In this document: positions 12,599-28,648 of the stretch, piece by piece
Layout of the letters: the number at the start of each line of letters is the position of its first letter
Numbering within the stretch: position 1 is the first letter of the stretch
DNA from: Deinococcus sp.
Lineage (GTDB): Bacteria > Deinococcota > Deinococci > Deinococcales > Deinococcaceae
Direction: 5' to 3'
Assembly: GCA_965261005.1 (NCBI GenBank)
Contig: OZ253375.1
Coordinates: forward strand, 2,752,001-2,816,000
DNA: 64,000 bases
The notes under the pieces: generated by a model
Told to the model about the DNA's origin: nothing
The model's database searches: none
Seen by the model: only the letters and a program-made list of their open reading frames with translations
Made by a program: the position numbers and the translations under genes

Positions 12599-12721
12599 AT
12601 CTCTCCTGAGTGTAGGGACTGGGAAAAGGGGGCATGGTAGGCGGGGCGGTGATTAGGCCGTCCAGGGGTTCAGCAGAGGGACGCCGAAGACCTTGAAGTG
12701 GCGGGTTGGCGTAGGGTCACT

Positions 12722-13789
12722 CTACTTTTTGTAAAAGGGCACCTCGACCACGCGCGCCGGAACGTCCCTGCCGCGCACCTCGATTGTGATCTCACCTCCT
12801 TCCAGCTGGCCCGCGTCAATCAGGGCCAGCGCGACGGGCACCTTCAGGGTGGGACTCATGGAGCCGCTGGTCACGCGCCCGATGACCTCGCCGCCGCCCT
12901 TGACGGGGGCGCCCTCACGGGCGATCAGCTTGTCGAGCTGGAGGCCGACCAGCTTTTCCCTCGGCGGCTCGCCCAGCAGCTTGTCCTTGCCGTAAAAATC
13001 CTTGCTGGCCTTGACGGCCCAGCCGTAGTGGCTCGACAGCGGGTTGATCTGATCTCCGAACTCGTGGCCGTACAGCGGAAAGCCCGCCTCCAAGCGCAGG
13101 GTGTCGCGCGCCCCCAGGCCGGCGGGCGTGAAGCCGATGGCCAGCAGCTTGTCCCACACGACCTCGGCCGTGCCTACGTCCACGAAAATCTCAAAGCCAT
13201 CCTCGCCGGTGTAGCCGGTGCGGGCCAGCATGACCGGGAAGCCGAACAGGTCGGCCGTGAAGACGCTGTTCTTCTTCTTGCCGGACAGTTCGGCGCTCAC
13301 ATAGGGTTGCAACACCTCCTCGGTCTTCGGCCCCTGCACGGCCAGCAGGCCCCAGGCGCCCGACTCGTCGCTGAGCTGCACGTCGAAGTCTCGCGCCAGG
13401 TCCGAGAGGTGCGCGAAGTCCTTGTCCACGTTGCCCGCGTTCACCACCATCAGGTACTCGCCCTCCCGAACGTGGTAAACGTACACGTCGTCCACCAAGC
13501 CGCCCTGAGCGTTCGGCAGCAGGTTGTACTGCGCGCGGCCGACTTTAAGCTTGCTCAGGTCGTTGGTGGTGGCGAATTGCAGAAAGTCGAGCGCCTGCGC
13601 GCCCGTCACGCGGAACTCGCCCATGTGCGACACGTCGAACACGCCGGCCCCCTCGCGCACGGCGGCGTGCTCGCCCATCACGCCCGCGTACTGGACGGGC
13701 ATCTCCCAGCCGCCGAAGGGCACCATGCGCGCCCCGGCCCGCAGGTGGGCGGCGTGGAGGGGGGTTTTCTTCAAGTCCTGGTCGTTCAC
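12722..13789 (-). CDS. gcvT: Glycine cleavage system aminomethyltransferase T
   Basis: [38 protein letters not shown]; start placed at GTG 13789, 6 nt after TAAACT. Confidence 0.97.
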   Translation of the reverse strand: MNDQDLKKTPLHAAHLRAGARMVPFGGWEMPVQYAGVMGEHAAVREGAGVFDVSHMGEFRVTGAQALDFLQFATTNDLSKLKVGRAQYNLLPNAQGGLVDDVYVYHVREGEYLMVVNAGNVDKDFAHLSDLARDFDVQLSDESGAWGLLAVQGPKTEEVLQPYVSAELSGKKKNSVFTADLFGFPVMLARTGYTGEDGFEIFVDVGTAEVVWDKLLAIGFTPAGLGARDTLRLEAGFPLYGHEFGDQINPLSSHYGWAVKASKDFYGKDKLLGEPPREKLVGLQLDKLIAREGAPVKGGGEVIGRVTSGSMSPTLKVPVALALIDAGQLEGGEITIEVRGRDVPARVVEVPFYKK

Positions 13790-13888
13790 GGCCACAGTTT
13801 AGCGCCTCGCCTAACGGACGTTCGGTCTCTCATGCGTCTTCTCATCGAAGCGTGTTTCGGATCAGGTTCGAGAGCTTAAACTGGGCGG

Positions 13889-16402
<2,514 letters not shown>

Positions 16403-16412
16403 GGCAACGGCG

Positions 16413-17297
16413 CTAAGCCCGTTGCGCCCACCTGGCCGCGCCAATCAGGCCCGCGTCTGCGCCGAGGGCGGCGGGCAAAATCTCGGGTTGGTAGCGCTCC
16501 GGGAAGTGGCTGAGGGCCGCGCGCACCCGCTCCCCGTAGCCGCTTCTGAGTCCGACGCTGCCGCCCAGGGCCACCCGCGTCACGCCCAGCAGCGCGGCCA
16601 CGTCCGCAATCTTCCAAGCGATCAGGGCGGCGCTGCGGCCGTACAGCGCTTCCGCCGCAGCGTCGCCGGCCTCGGCGCGCTCCGCGAGGTCGCGCGCCCC
16701 GGCGTAGCCGCGTTCACGCGCCGCCCGGTCCAGGGCGCCGCCGGCCGACTCGTACTCCAGCGGGGTCAGGTCGCCCAGGAAGGGGACGTGGTAGCTGGGC
16801 CGCCAAGTGGCGGGCACCGAGGTGAAGCCCAGTTCCGCGTCAAGGCCATTGCCGGCCAGATGCAGCCGACCGCCCAGCACCAAGCCCGCCCCGACCCCGG
16901 TGCTGACCGTGACGAACATGAACTCGCTCGTCCCGCGCCCCGCGCCGTCCACGAACTCGCCCCAAGCGGCGGCCCGCGCGTCGTTGAGGGCCTGGCAGGG
17001 CAGCTTGAGGGCGGCGCTCAAATGTTCGGCCAGCGCCACATCTACCCAGCCGGGAAAAGTCTCCGCCGCCGTCGCCGTGACCCGGCCCCCGCTGACCGCG
17101 CCGGCGCAGGCGATCCCCACGGCGGCGGCCCGGCTCGCCAAGGGCCGGGCCAGCTCGGCGGCGGCCGAGAGCACCGCGTCCGGCGCGGACGGCTTGGGCG
17201 TGGCCGTCTCCAGACGCTCGACGATGGCGCCGTTACGCACCAGGGCGGCGCGCAAACTCGTTCCGCCGAGGTCGAGGGCGAGAATGTCCCCGCTCAC
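16413..17297 (-). CDS. ROK family sugar kinase (NanK-like)
   Basis: LALDLGGT, LNDARAAAWGE, VTVSTGVGAG; GTG start overlaps the upstream stop. Confidence 0.88.
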   Translation of the reverse strand: MSGDILALDLGGTSLRAALVRNGAIVERLETATPKPSAPDAVLSAAAELARPLASRAAAVGIACAGAVSGGRVTATAAETFPGWVDVALAEHLSAALKLPCQALNDARAAAWGEFVDGAGRGTSEFMFVTVSTGVGAGLVLGGRLHLAGNGLDAELGFTSVPATWRPSYHVPFLGDLTPLEYESAGGALDRAARERGYAGARDLAERAEAGDAAAEALYGRSAALIAWKIADVAALLGVTRVALGGSVGLRSGYGERVRAALSHFPERYQPEILPAALGADAGLIGAARWAQRA

Positions 17298-18778
17298 GTC
17301 ACCTCCAGCGGAAACACGCCGGTGAACAGGCGCGGCCAGGCTAGGTACGGCTCCCCCAACTGCAAAGTGTGGCCCGTCCCCGCAAAGGCGCGTTTCCAAA
17401 GTTCTCGTATGCGCGGCGTCATCATCTCGGCGACCAGCCGATTGGCCCGCCCCAGCTGTTCGCCGAGGTTGAAGGGGTTGGGGTTCGTCAGGGCCGCGCG
17501 CACCTCGGCCCGAACGTGACCTTGGTACAGCGCGTCATCCACCATTCTTGAAAACAGCGCCTCCAACCGCGCCCGCTCGTCCCGCACCGGCAAGGCGCCC
17601 ATCGCCACGGCGCTGCCCAAGGTATTGCCGGCCGTGTTCCAGGCGGCGTAGCCGGCCAGGCGCGCGAGCGGGAGATCCTGAAGCAAGGTCCACAGGCGTC
17701 TCTCGGCGCCGTTCGGATAGGCGACGTCGGCGAGGCTGACCCGCATCCCCGTCTCCAAACAGTTTCCCACGAAATCCACGAACTCGGGCAGGTGGCGGGC
17801 CGCCGTGTCCACCGTGGCGAGGTCGGGCTGCACGTTCGCTTGGCGCGTTCCCGGCGTGTTGACGGCCAGCACGAAGTCGGCGTCCTGCAAGTGGTCCGTC
17901 TGAATACACCCTGCCGCGCGCAGGTGGGCCTTGACCAGCTCGCCGGCGGGCCGGTCCTCGTAGATCAGCCCCGCCGCCGCGCCGAGGGTGCCCGAGTAGC
18001 GGACGTAGGCTTTGGGGACTCCTTCTCTGAGTGAGCGCGCGATCAAGGTCGCCGGCACCTCGTCGGCGCCGGGATAGATGTCCACCCGTCGCCACAGACC
18101 CAACTCGTCGGTTCGCGCCTCCAGCAGGCGGCGGTCGTAGGCGGCCAACCCGTAGGGCGTGGTGTCGTCCAGCGTCAGGCAGAGGTGTTCGATCACGCCC
18201 GCGTGCGCGAGGTCCAGCGCCGCCAGGTGGAGGGTCCGGTTGCGCTCGCGCGTGCCGGTCCAGTCGGCCAGCACCCCGGCCGGAAGGGCGGCAACGGCGT
18301 CGTCGAGGGCGGTCTGTTCGCCGGCCCCGTGGCGTGCCCGCCGGTCGAAGGCCGTGCTGTAGGCCCTTAGCCCGCGCCCCCACTCGCCGTAGTAGGGCTT
18401 TTCCTCCAGCGGGTCGTCGTCGTGGGCCACCCGCACGATCACGCCAAAGGCGAGCACGCGCAGCTTGGGGTTGAGGCGCTTTGCCTCCTCCAAAACCTTT
18501 ACCCGTCTTAGCACATCCTTCAGCGCGTCCGGCACCTGCCGCGCGGGAATCATGCCGCCCAGCGTCAGGGTCTCCAGGCAGACGATCAGCACGTCCGCGT
18601 GCGGAGCTTCGCGCCGCAGCCAGTCGGCCAGCAGGGCCGTGTCGCCGGGTTGGTTCAGGTTTGGCAGCGCCTCCGGTGGAGGCACGCGCACCTCGGCGCC
18701 GGTCATGCGGGCGAGTTGGATAGGGTGCGCCAGGGTGGGGGGGCGCACGTCGGGGGGAATCAGCAGCAGGCGGGTCAT
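17294..18778 (-). CDS. DUF4127 family protein
   Basis: LIPPDVRPP, IYPGADEV, LADVAYPNG, YAAWNTAGNTLG motifs. Confidence 0.8.
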   Translation of the reverse strand: MTRLLLIPPDVRPPTLAHPIQLARMTGAEVRVPPPEALPNLNQPGDTALLADWLRREAPHADVLIVCLETLTLGGMIPARQVPDALKDVLRRVKVLEEAKRLNPKLRVLAFGVIVRVAHDDDPLEEKPYYGEWGRGLRAYSTAFDRRARHGAGEQTALDDAVAALPAGVLADWTGTRERNRTLHLAALDLAHAGVIEHLCLTLDDTTPYGLAAYDRRLLEARTDELGLWRRVDIYPGADEVPATLIARSLREGVPKAYVRYSGTLGAAAGLIYEDRPAGELVKAHLRAAGCIQTDHLQDADFVLAVNTPGTRQANVQPDLATVDTAARHLPEFVDFVGNCLETGMRVSLADVAYPNGAERRLWTLLQDLPLARLAGYAAWNTAGNTLGSAVAMGALPVRDERARLEALFSRMVDDALYQGHVRAEVRAALTNPNPFNLGEQLGRANRLVAEMMTPRIRELWKRAFAGTGHTLQLGEPYLAWPRLFTGVFPLEVT

Positions 18779-18796
18779 GGGCTAAGCGTCCATGGG

Positions 18797-19555
18797 CTAG
18801 GCGTCCAGTACCTTGGCGGTCCAGGCCACGGCCGCGTCCCGCATCTCCGGCGAGGTGTAGTGCTCGACGCCGGGAAAGGTGCGCGCCGCGAAGCGGTCCG
18901 GACAGCCGGCGCGCTCGTACACGGCGCGGTAGGCGCGCACGGTGGCGTCGAAGTTGGGCCAGGGAAACAGCGGGTCGTCCTGGCCGTGCAGCAGCAGCAG
19001 GGGCGTGGGCGGCGCCAGGTAAGCGTGCAGGCTGGGGCGGTGCTGCTCGATGAAGTCCCTCGCCGCCGGCAACGTGACCTCGTTTCCTTGCCACAGCCCG
19101 CCGCTGGACAGGACCGCCACGCGCCCGACCCTCTTTTCGCGCAGCGCCAGGTACTGGGCCGTGTAGCCGCCCATCGAGATGCCCAGGGCGGCGGTCGGCA
19201 ATTCGCCGTACTCGGCGTGCAGGGCGCTCAGCAGGTCCGGCGCCTCCAAGCTGGTCCGCGCCGCGCACAGCCACACGAAGTTGCGCTGCCCCAGCGTCTC
19301 CGGGTTCAGCGTGGCCCCCTGCCGCTCACCGTGGCCCACCGCGTCGGGCAGCACCACCGCGAGGCCGCTTTCTATCAGCGCCGTGAAGATGCCCAAGTTC
19401 GCCTCCTTGCTGGCCGTGACCCCGTGGTACACCAGCGCCAGGCCGCGCACGTCGCCGTGCGGGCGCTCGATCAGGCAAGGGACGCCGGCGAGGACGCGCC
19501 GCTCGACCAGGTAGGGCGCGCCGTCCATCAGCGCGGTGGCGTGGGGCGGCCTCAC
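18797..19555 (-). CDS. Alpha/beta hydrolase (esterase)
   Basis: GISMGG nucleophile elbow, LLHGQDDP, GVEH; GTG start overlaps the upstream stop. Confidence 0.85.
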   Translation of the reverse strand: MRPPHATALMDGAPYLVERRVLAGVPCLIERPHGDVRGLALVYHGVTASKEANLGIFTALIESGLAVVLPDAVGHGERQGATLNPETLGQRNFVWLCAARTSLEAPDLLSALHAEYGELPTAALGISMGGYTAQYLALREKRVGRVAVLSSGGLWQGNEVTLPAARDFIEQHRPSLHAYLAPPTPLLLLHGQDDPLFPWPNFDATVRAYRAVYERAGCPDRFAARTFPGVEHYTSPEMRDAAVAWTAKVLDA

Positions 19556-20976
19556 ACGTTCGCCCCGAGCTCCCGCAGGGCGTCCCTTAACTTCGCCCCG
19601 TCTACCTCGCCCACGTCGCCGCCAGAAGTCGCCGCCCAGGCCGCCGCCAAGCCCGCCGCCTCGCCCATGCTGTGGCAGTTCTGCTGCACCCGAATGGCGC
19701 TCTGCGCCTCGAAGGTCGCGCTGGCGCAGCGGCCCGGCACCAGCAGGTTGCGCACGCCGAGGGGAATCAGGGCGCGGTAGGGAATCTCGTGGTAGGCGTC
19801 CTTTGCGAAGTAGGGCGCCTTGCCCTCGCGCTCGTGGTAGAGCTTTTTGCCCTTTGGCGAGTGGATGTCCACCGGGTAGTGGTTGCGGCAGATGGCGTCG
19901 GGAAAGGTCCGGCACTCCAGGATGTCCTCCAGCGTCAGGACGTACTCGCCCACGATGCGCCGGGTCTCGCGAATGCCCACCATCGGGGCGTAGCTGCCCA
20001 GGTAGCTCCTCTCGCAGCCCTCCAGGTAAACACGGCAGAACTGGATCAGGCGTTCAATCGCCTCCTTCCCGTCCACCTGGGCGCGCGACAGTTGCCACGG
20101 GTCGGCCCCGTCGTTGATGTCGGCCGCCAGGCGCGGGCAGTTGAAGCTGATCTCGCCGGGACGCCCCGGCACCGAGAAGCCCTGGAAATAGTCCCCATCG
20201 CGCTCCAGCAGCACCCCGTCCACCACCGCCCGCTTGAAGAGCGGCTCCAAGCTGCTGTTCTTGTCCCACACCATCCAGAAGTGCATGAACTGCGGCGACT
20301 CCTGTCCCTGGCCGTGTTCCCTTAAAAAGGCGCACAGCCGCGCCAAGTCCACCCCCGCCAGCGTGAAGCGCAGGCTCATGGCCTGATGCAAGCCGCCCTC
20401 GTCGCCACTCTGAATGGGGACCCCAGCGCTCGCGGCCAAGTCGGCGTCCCCGGTCGCGTCTATAAAAACCTTGGCGGGCAACTCCTGAAGGCCACCCTTG
20501 TTATGAACCACCAAACCCCGAAGCGTCTTTCTCCCTCCCCCCTTGAGGGAGAGCGCGAAGGACCCCGAAGGGAGGGCCGGGGAGGGGGGTTCCTCCGCCA
20601 CTGAGACGACATGTGTGTGGTACAGCAGCTCCGCCCCCGCCTCGACCGCCATTCGCTCCAGCACGTACTTCATGCCCTCGGGGTTGAACCAGTTGTCGTT
20701 GCCGTTCCTGTCCACGGCGCCGTCGCCGCGCTCGATCAGGCGCCGCTTGAGTTCGTCGGTCAGGCCCCGGTTTAAATTCTCGCCCGCGCTGACGTTGCGC
20801 ATCAGCGGCGTGACCTGCGCGTTGGTGCCGGTGCCGCCCAGCGAGCCCAGGGCCTCTACGATCAGGACCCGTGCCCCGGCCCTCGCCGCCGCGATGCCCG
20901 TGATGGCCCCGGCGGTGCCGCCCCCGGCGACGATCACGTCCCAGGAACGACTGGCAGATTTGACCTCAAGGCTCAC
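19552..20976 (-). CDS. FAD-dependent oxidoreductase
   Basis: DVIVAGGGTAG, FIDATGDADLA, GIRETRRIVG, IPYRALIP, NLLVPGRC. Confidence 0.88.
   Translation of the reverse strand: MSLEVKSASRSWDVIVAGGGTAGAITGIAAARAGARVLIVEALGSLGGTGTNAQVTPLMRNVSAGENLNRGLTDELKRRLIERGDGAVDRNGNDNWFNPEGMKYVLERMAVEAGAELLYHTHVVSVAEEPPSPALPSGSFALSLKGGGRKTLRGLVVHNKGGLQELPAKVFIDATGDADLAASAGVPIQSGDEGGLHQAMSLRFTLAGVDLARLCAFLREHGQGQESPQFMHFWMVWDKNSSLEPLFKRAVVDGVLLERDGDYFQGFSVPGRPGEISFNCPRLAADINDGADPWQLSRAQVDGKEAIERLIQFCRVYLEGCERSYLGSYAPMVGIRETRRIVGEYVLTLEDILECRTFPDAICRNHYPVDIHSPKGKKLYHEREGKAPYFAKDAYHEIPYRALIPLGVRNLLVPGRCASATFEAQSAIRVQQNCHSMGEAAGLAAAWAATSGGDVGEVDGAKLRDALRELGANV
20529..20592. repeat. REP-like palindromic element lying in frame inside the FAD oxidoreductase gene
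   Basis: ctccctccccccttgaggg...gggagggccggggaggggggttcc matches the intergenic copy at 25021-25072; encodes PPSPALPSGSFALSLKGGGRK. Confidence 0.8.
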
Positions 20977-21853
20977 CCCTTCACCGCCCCTTCCAGGCCC
21001 TTCATAAAATAGCGCTGGGCGAAGAAAAAGACGGTCAGAATCGGGATGATGGTCAGCACCGTGCCGGCCGCCACCGCCCGCGTGTTGGTGGAAAAGACGC
21101 CGCTGAGTTCCAAGAGGCCCGCCGACAGCGGGTACAGCTCGCGGTCGTTCAGGATGATTCTGGCCCACAAAAAGCTGTTCCACAGTGCCACGAACTCCAG
21201 AATGGCAAAGGCGCTGATGGTCGGCAGGGTCAGCGGAATCATGATGCGGCGCCACACCGTCAGCTCGGAGGCGCCGTCAATGCGGGCGGCCTCGATCAGT
21301 TCCTGCGGGATGGCGAGGTAGGCCTGGCGCAGCAGAAACAGGCCAATCACGCTGGCGAGGCTCGGCAGGATCAGCGCGGCGTACTCCCCCGGCACACTGC
21401 GTAGTAACCCCAGCTTGACCGTCGTGACGTAATTGACGATCAGGCCCGCCTCGTTGGGCAGCACCAGAATGGAAAGGATCGCGTAGAAGATCAGGTCGCG
21501 CCCCGGAAAGCGCATCCTCGCCAGCGGGTAGGCGGCCAGGGTCGCCAGCAGCACGCTGCCGCCCACGCCCAGCACGCAGACGATGACGCTGTTGAGGACC
21601 CACCTGAGCATGGGCGCGTTCGCAAAGACCGCTTGGTAATTCTTGGCGCTCACGCCGCTCGGCAGCAGCTTGGGCTGGTAGATCGAGCCGGTCGGCTCCA
21701 GCGAGGTCACAAAGGTCCAGTAAAAGGGGTAGATGGTGATGACGGCGATGACGGCCAGCACGGCGTAGACCAGGATGTTGGAAAGAATGGTGCGGCTGCG
21801 GCGGCGGGCCTTGAGCTGCTGGGCGGCCTGCTCTGGGGCGGAGGTGAGGACCG

Positions 21854-21857
<4 letters not shown>
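20973..21857 (-). CDS. Carbohydrate ABC transporter permease (MalG-like)
   Basis: ELIEAARIDGAS EAA motif, LAAYPLAR. Confidence 0.93.
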
Positions 21858-22740
<883 letters not shown>

Positions 22741-22744
<4 letters not shown>

Positions 22745-24759
22745 TTCCTGCTCCCCAGCAGGGTCAGCCCCAGCAAGGTCGGGTTGGCCGCCCCGCCCTC
22801 GCTGACCAGGGTCACGCTCTTGATGACCTGATTCGGCTTGGGGTTGTGCCATTCCAGCACGCTGAGCGCCACGTCCAAGCCGTCCTTTGTCTGCCCGTTC
22901 CACACGGGGGCCTGCACCATGCTGGTGGCGGAAGGCTCGGTCCAGGCGCGGATGTGGCGCCCGTACTCCAGCGGCTGCCTGAGGGTGCTGCCGTCGGCGT
23001 AGCGAATCTCGTAGTGGCCGATCTCCTCGCGCGGGGTGGGGCTGCCCCAGCCGGTCGTGTGCAAAAAGGCGATGGCGTCCGCCTTGACGCCCTGCCCTAG
23101 GTCGAGCGTCACCTTCTCCGGCAGGTCCTTTACGGCCGCGCGGCTGCCCCGCGTCATCACCGCGCCCGACACGAGGAAGGTGTAGGCGCCCAGCTTGACC
23201 GTCCCGGTTGGCAGCGCCGAGAGGTCGGTGTCCGGTCCCTTCTCGATCCACCCCTTTTCGTCGGGGTCGCTCAGCTTGCGGTTGGTCACGGCCGAGAGGT
23301 CCACCAGCTCCCCGGCCTGTGGGGCGTAGCTTTCCGGTTGGTAGAGGTCGCGGTAGCGGGCGGCGGGGGCCTCGACGCTTGGCGCCGCCGGGTTCCAGGC
23401 CGCGTTGCCGCCGCGCAGGTAGGCCACCCCCTGGTCGGCCTGCCCGTCCCAGATGCTGGGGTTGCCGAAGTAGCCCGACCAGCGGGCTTGCAGCAGGCCG
23501 TCCGCGCCGTACTTGAGCGCGCTTTTCGCGAAGGTCTCGGGGTTTAAGGGGTCGCGCCACGGGGCGGCCAGGGTGGGGAAGCCGGCCTTAGAGATTTCCT
23601 TCAGCAAGGGATAGTCCGCGCCCGGCGCGTAGTTCCAATACGCCACCACGATGTCCTTTGGCAATGCTTTGGGAATCTGGTCCTTAAAGGCGTCCGCAAA
23701 GGCGACGTCGTGCCAAATCATGGTGCCCACGTTCCGGGCTTTCAAAAAGTCGTGCAGCCGCAGGGTGTCGTCCACGAACAGCTTCTCAAAGCCCACGGCC
23801 TTGCCGTTCTCGCGCGCCGGAAAGCGGTCCACGTTGCGGACCTCGTCATGGCCGATGTGGACGTACTTGGGCTTGAATGTATCCACCGCCTCGGCCAGCA
23901 CGCCCTCCACCACCTGGTAGGTTCTGGGGTTGAGGGTGTCGTAGGCGAAGGGGTTCTGGCTCCCTGGGTCCTGCACCAGGTCCTGGTTGGCCCCCTTGTA
24001 GAACAGCCAGCCGGTGTGGCCCAGCGTCTCGATCAGCGGCACGGGGGAGAGGCCGTGTTCGCGTGCCAAATTTGCCACCCGCGCCGCTTCCGCCTTGCTG
24101 GCCCCGCCGGGGTGGGCGAAGCCGAGCTGTTTGGCGGTGTCCCACTGGACGTAGTTGCTCACGACCAGCACCGAGTTGTACTTGAGCTGTGCCAGCAGCG
24201 GGATCAGCTTGTCGTTGACCCCCTGGCTGTACTGGTCGAGGTAGATCATCGCCATGCGGGTTTTCAGGAGCGGGAAGTCCTGAATATTAGCAAACCTGAG
24301 ACCCTGCGGCGTCAAGAGTTGCCGCAAGGTCTGCGCCCCGTGGTAGGCGCCCAGCGGGTTTGCCCCGACCACATAGGCCCCAGTCGCGTCCACCCACAGC
24401 GCGTAGCCCTCTGGTTTATCGGTCAGCAGGCCCTTTTCCTTCGCCTTCTGGGCCAAGTCGGCGTCCTGGATGGTGCCGATGACGATGGGCGTCGTGCCGC
24501 TCCCCGCCAGGTCCGCGTTCAGCCGTTCGCGCCATGCCTCTTTCAAATCGCGCCCGGCCCACTTCAGTTCGGGGGCATTTCCCCGGAGTTGCACGCTCAG
24601 GTTGTTGAGGGGGAGGCTGCCCGGTGGGTATTCGGCCTGTTGCGGGGCGGGCAGGAGTTGGGGGGCGGGGGTGGCCGCCTTGGCGCTCGGCGTGGGGATC
24701 AGGGGGAGGGCCTGGGCCGGGGTGAGCAGCAGGGCGGTGAGGAGGAGGGTTCGGGGCAA
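22741..24759 (-). CDS. Secreted GH20-type beta-N-acetylhexosaminidase with C-terminal extra domain
   Basis: Signal peptide, GAYHGAQTLRQL, HIGHDE catalytic motif; TTG start after AAAGGAG. Confidence 0.85.
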
Positions 24760-24795
24760 GGGGACTCCTTTGTTGGTCGGGTTCGCTGGTGGGTG

Positions 24796-25072
24796 GCCCC
24801 CACCCTCCAACCCCCCTACCCCCAAAGGGGGCAGGGGGGCTGCGCTGCGCTAGGCATGGCACGTTGGACCGCAGGGGTGAGCCTATGTCGTGCCGCATGA
24901 TCCGCGCGAGGGAAGATGCATAGCCGCTTTCTAAGCCCTCTACACGGCCGGTGGAGTACGCTTCTGGGCGCTGGTGGGCCAGGTATAAAAGACGGACAAC
25001 GGACAAACAAACGGGTCTTTGTCTTTGCTCCCCTCCCCCCTTGTGGGGGAGGGGCCGGGGGTGGGGGGTTCC
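24796..25072. repeat. ~280-bp MITE-like non-coding element with palindromic ends
   Basis: Left ccccaccctccaacccccctacccccaaagggggcagggggg; right ctcccctccccccttgtgggggaggggccgggggtgggggg; the ends are imperfect inverted repeats. Confidence 0.65.
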
Positions 25073-25073
25073 C

Positions 25074-26324
<1,251 letters not shown>

Positions 26325-26369
26325 GGTGGGTCCTTTCTGGGGCGGAGAAGGGTGGGAGGTGAGCTTGGG

Positions 26370-27065
26370 CTAGGTCGGCGTTGTGTGCGGGGTCTTGAGG
26401 GCGGCCACGAACCAGCCCGTCACCTCGTCCGGCCGGGTGATGGCCGAGCCGACCACCGCGCACAGGGCGCCCAGCGTGAGGGCTTGGGCGGCGTCCTGCG
26501 GGGTGCGCAGCCGGCCCTCGGCGAAGTAGGGGAGGTGTGCCCCCCCGAGGGCGCGCATCAAGTCCCAGTCGGGTTCCTGTTGCTGCGGGCTGTAGGCCGT
26601 GTAGCCGGACAGGGTGGTGCTGACGGCGTCGGCGCCGTGCTCAAGGGCATGGGTGGCCTCCTCGAAGGTGCTCACGTCCGCCAGGGCCAGGCTGCCCGCC
26701 GCGTGAATGGCCCCGATCAGCTCGCCCACCGAATGCGGCCTGGGGCGGTCGGTGGCGTCGAAGGCGACCATCTCGCAGCCGGCCTGCGCCAATTCCTGGG
26801 CTTCCTGCGGGGTGGGGGTGATGTAGACCTCGCTGTCGTCCCGGCGGGTTTTGGTCAAGCCGAGGGTGGGCAGCTTGCAGACCTCGCGCACCGCCCGCAC
26901 GTCCTGAACCGAGCGCACCCTGAGCGCCGCCGCGCCGCCCCGCTCGGCGGCCAGGGCGAGCAGGGCGATCACGTCGGGGCGCCGCAGGGGGCTGCCCTGA
27001 TCGGCCTGGACCGACACGACCAGTTGGCCGCGCAGGCGGGCGAAGAGGTGGGGGGAAGGGGGCAA
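26370..27065 (-). CDS. nanE: N-acetylmannosamine-6-phosphate 2-epimerase
   Basis: [40 protein letters not shown] start after AGGAG. Confidence 0.92.
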   Translation of the reverse strand: MPPSPHLFARLRGQLVVSVQADQGSPLRRPDVIALLALAAERGGAAALRVRSVQDVRAVREVCKLPTLGLTKTRRDDSEVYITPTPQEAQELAQAGCEMVAFDATDRPRPHSVGELIGAIHAAGSLALADVSTFEEATHALEHGADAVSTTLSGYTAYSPQQQEPDWDLMRALGGAHLPYFAEGRLRTPQDAAQALTLGALCAVVGSAITRPDEVTGWFVAALKTPHTTPT

Positions 27066-27101
27066 GGCGGCTCCTGTCGGTGGGGGCGAGAAGCGGCGAA
27101 A

Positions 27102-27150
27102 TTGACAGTGCTTTCCGAGCAAGATTACATTTGGCTTGGGTTGCTGTCAA
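27102..27150. promoter_or_regulatory. Overlapping divergent sigma70-like promoters
   Basis: Plus strand TTGACA(27102)-18-TACATT(27126); minus strand TTGACA(27150-27145)-17-TAATCT(27127-27122). Confidence 0.65.
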
Positions 27151-27178
27151 CTGTTCAGCTCAGCGGCCGGAGGCCCCT

Positions 27179-28648
27179 TTGATTCCAGACTGCAAGAACG
27201 CCGGCCCGCTGCTGATGGTGGACCTGCCCGGCCCCGAACTCGATTCCGACACCGCCGAACACCTGCGCCGCCATCAGGTCGGCACGGTGTGCCTGTTTCG
27301 CAAGAACGTGGAAAGTGAGCGGCAGCTCGCCAAGCTGACCAGCGATCTGCGCGCCGTGCTGGGCGAGCACGCCCTGATCGCCATAGATCAGGAGGGGGGC
27401 GGCGTGGTGCGCACCCCTTTTCTGCCGTTTCCCCCCAGCGCCATGTGCCTCGGCGCGACGGACGATCCCGAACTGGCGTATCAGGTCGGTGCGGCGACGG
27501 CGCGGCCCCTGGCGGCCCTCGGGATCAACTGGAACTTCGCGCCGGTGCTCGACCTCAACGTGAACCCCCAGAACCCGGTGATCGGCGACCGGGCTTTTGG
27601 GGCTGACCCCGTGCGGGCGGCCGATCTGGCCTTGGCTTGGTTGGCCGGCTCGCTCGCGGAGGGCGTGGCGGGCTGCGTGAAGCACTTTCCGGGGCACGGC
27701 GACACCGCCCTCGACAGCCACCTGGCCCTGCCGAGGGTGGACAAGCCGCGCGCCGCGCTGGAGGCGGGAGAGTTCGCGCCGTTTGAGCGCGCGGTCAAGG
27801 CGGGTGCGCCGGCCGTGATGACCGCCCACATCGTCTATTCGGCGCTGGACCGCTTGCCGGCCACGCTCTCAAAAAATATTCTGACGGACCTGCTGCGTGA
27901 AGCTTGGGGGTATTCGGGCGTGGTCGTCACCGACTCGATGGGCATGCAGGCAATTGACGCCCATTGGGGCCGGGGCGAGGCGGCGGTGTTGGCCCTGGCG
28001 GCGGGGGCCGACTTGGTGATGGCGCTGGGCCGCCGGGAAGCGCAAGAGGAGACTCTGCGGGCGGTGGAGGCGGCTCTTAAAAGCGGGCGGGTGTCGGTGG
28101 AAGGGCCGTTGGGGCGCTTGGAGGGCTTGGCGGCGCGCTTTCCCAGCCGACCGGGCGAGTACACGGGCCGGGCGCGCGACGAGGGGCTGATGCGGGAAGC
28201 CTGGGCGCGCGGCATGACCCTCTACCGGGAGCCGCGCTTTCCCGCGCCGGGCAGCGAGGTCACCTTGGTCGCCGCGCCGCGCGTGCCGGGGGACAAGGTC
28301 TCCGAGGCCGGCGTGAACGGCGAGGAGATCGCCCGCGCGTTGAGCGGGGTGTACACCGTGCGCCCGCTGCTGACCGCTCGGCCGGCCGAACTCGATTGGG
28401 CCGCGTTGCGCGCGGCGGGCCACCCCATCATCTTGGCGAGCGCCGGCCGCCACCGCGACGCGGCCTTGGCGCGCACCCGGCCCGATTTGCACCTGGCCCT
28501 TTGGAACCCCTATGCCGCGCTGGACGTGGACGCGCCCGCCCTGATCAGCTACGGCTATCGCCCGGAAGCGCTCTCGGCGGTGGCGCGCTGCTTGGCCGGC
28601 GATCTAAAGGCAACGGGAAGGCTGCCCGTGCCGTTCACAGGGGCTTGA
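27179..28648 (+). CDS. nagZ: GH3 beta-N-acetylhexosaminidase (NagZ-like)
   Basis: [32 protein letters not shown]. Confidence 0.88.
   Translation: MIPDCKNAGPLLMVDLPGPELDSDTAEHLRRHQVGTVCLFRKNVESERQLAKLTSDLRAVLGEHALIAIDQEGGGVVRTPFLPFPPSAMCLGATDDPELAYQVGAATARPLAALGINWNFAPVLDLNVNPQNPVIGDRAFGADPVRAADLALAWLAGSLAEGVAGCVKHFPGHGDTALDSHLALPRVDKPRAALEAGEFAPFERAVKAGAPAVMTAHIVYSALDRLPATLSKNILTDLLREAWGYSGVVVTDSMGMQAIDAHWGRGEAAVLALAAGADLVMALGRREAQEETLRAVEAALKSGRVSVEGPLGRLEGLAARFPSRPGEYTGRARDEGLMREAWARGMTLYREPRFPAPGSEVTLVAAPRVPGDKVSEAGVNGEEIARALSGVYTVRPLLTARPAELDWAALRAAGHPIILASAGRHRDAALARTRPDLHLALWNPYAALDVDAPALISYGYRPEALSAVARCLAGDLKATGRLPVPFTGA

Noticed and set aside
13790..13888. Glycine riboswitch upstream of gcvT
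   Set aside because: The intergenic region is only about 100 bp, holds two leaderless-type -10 boxes, and shows no aptamer motifs
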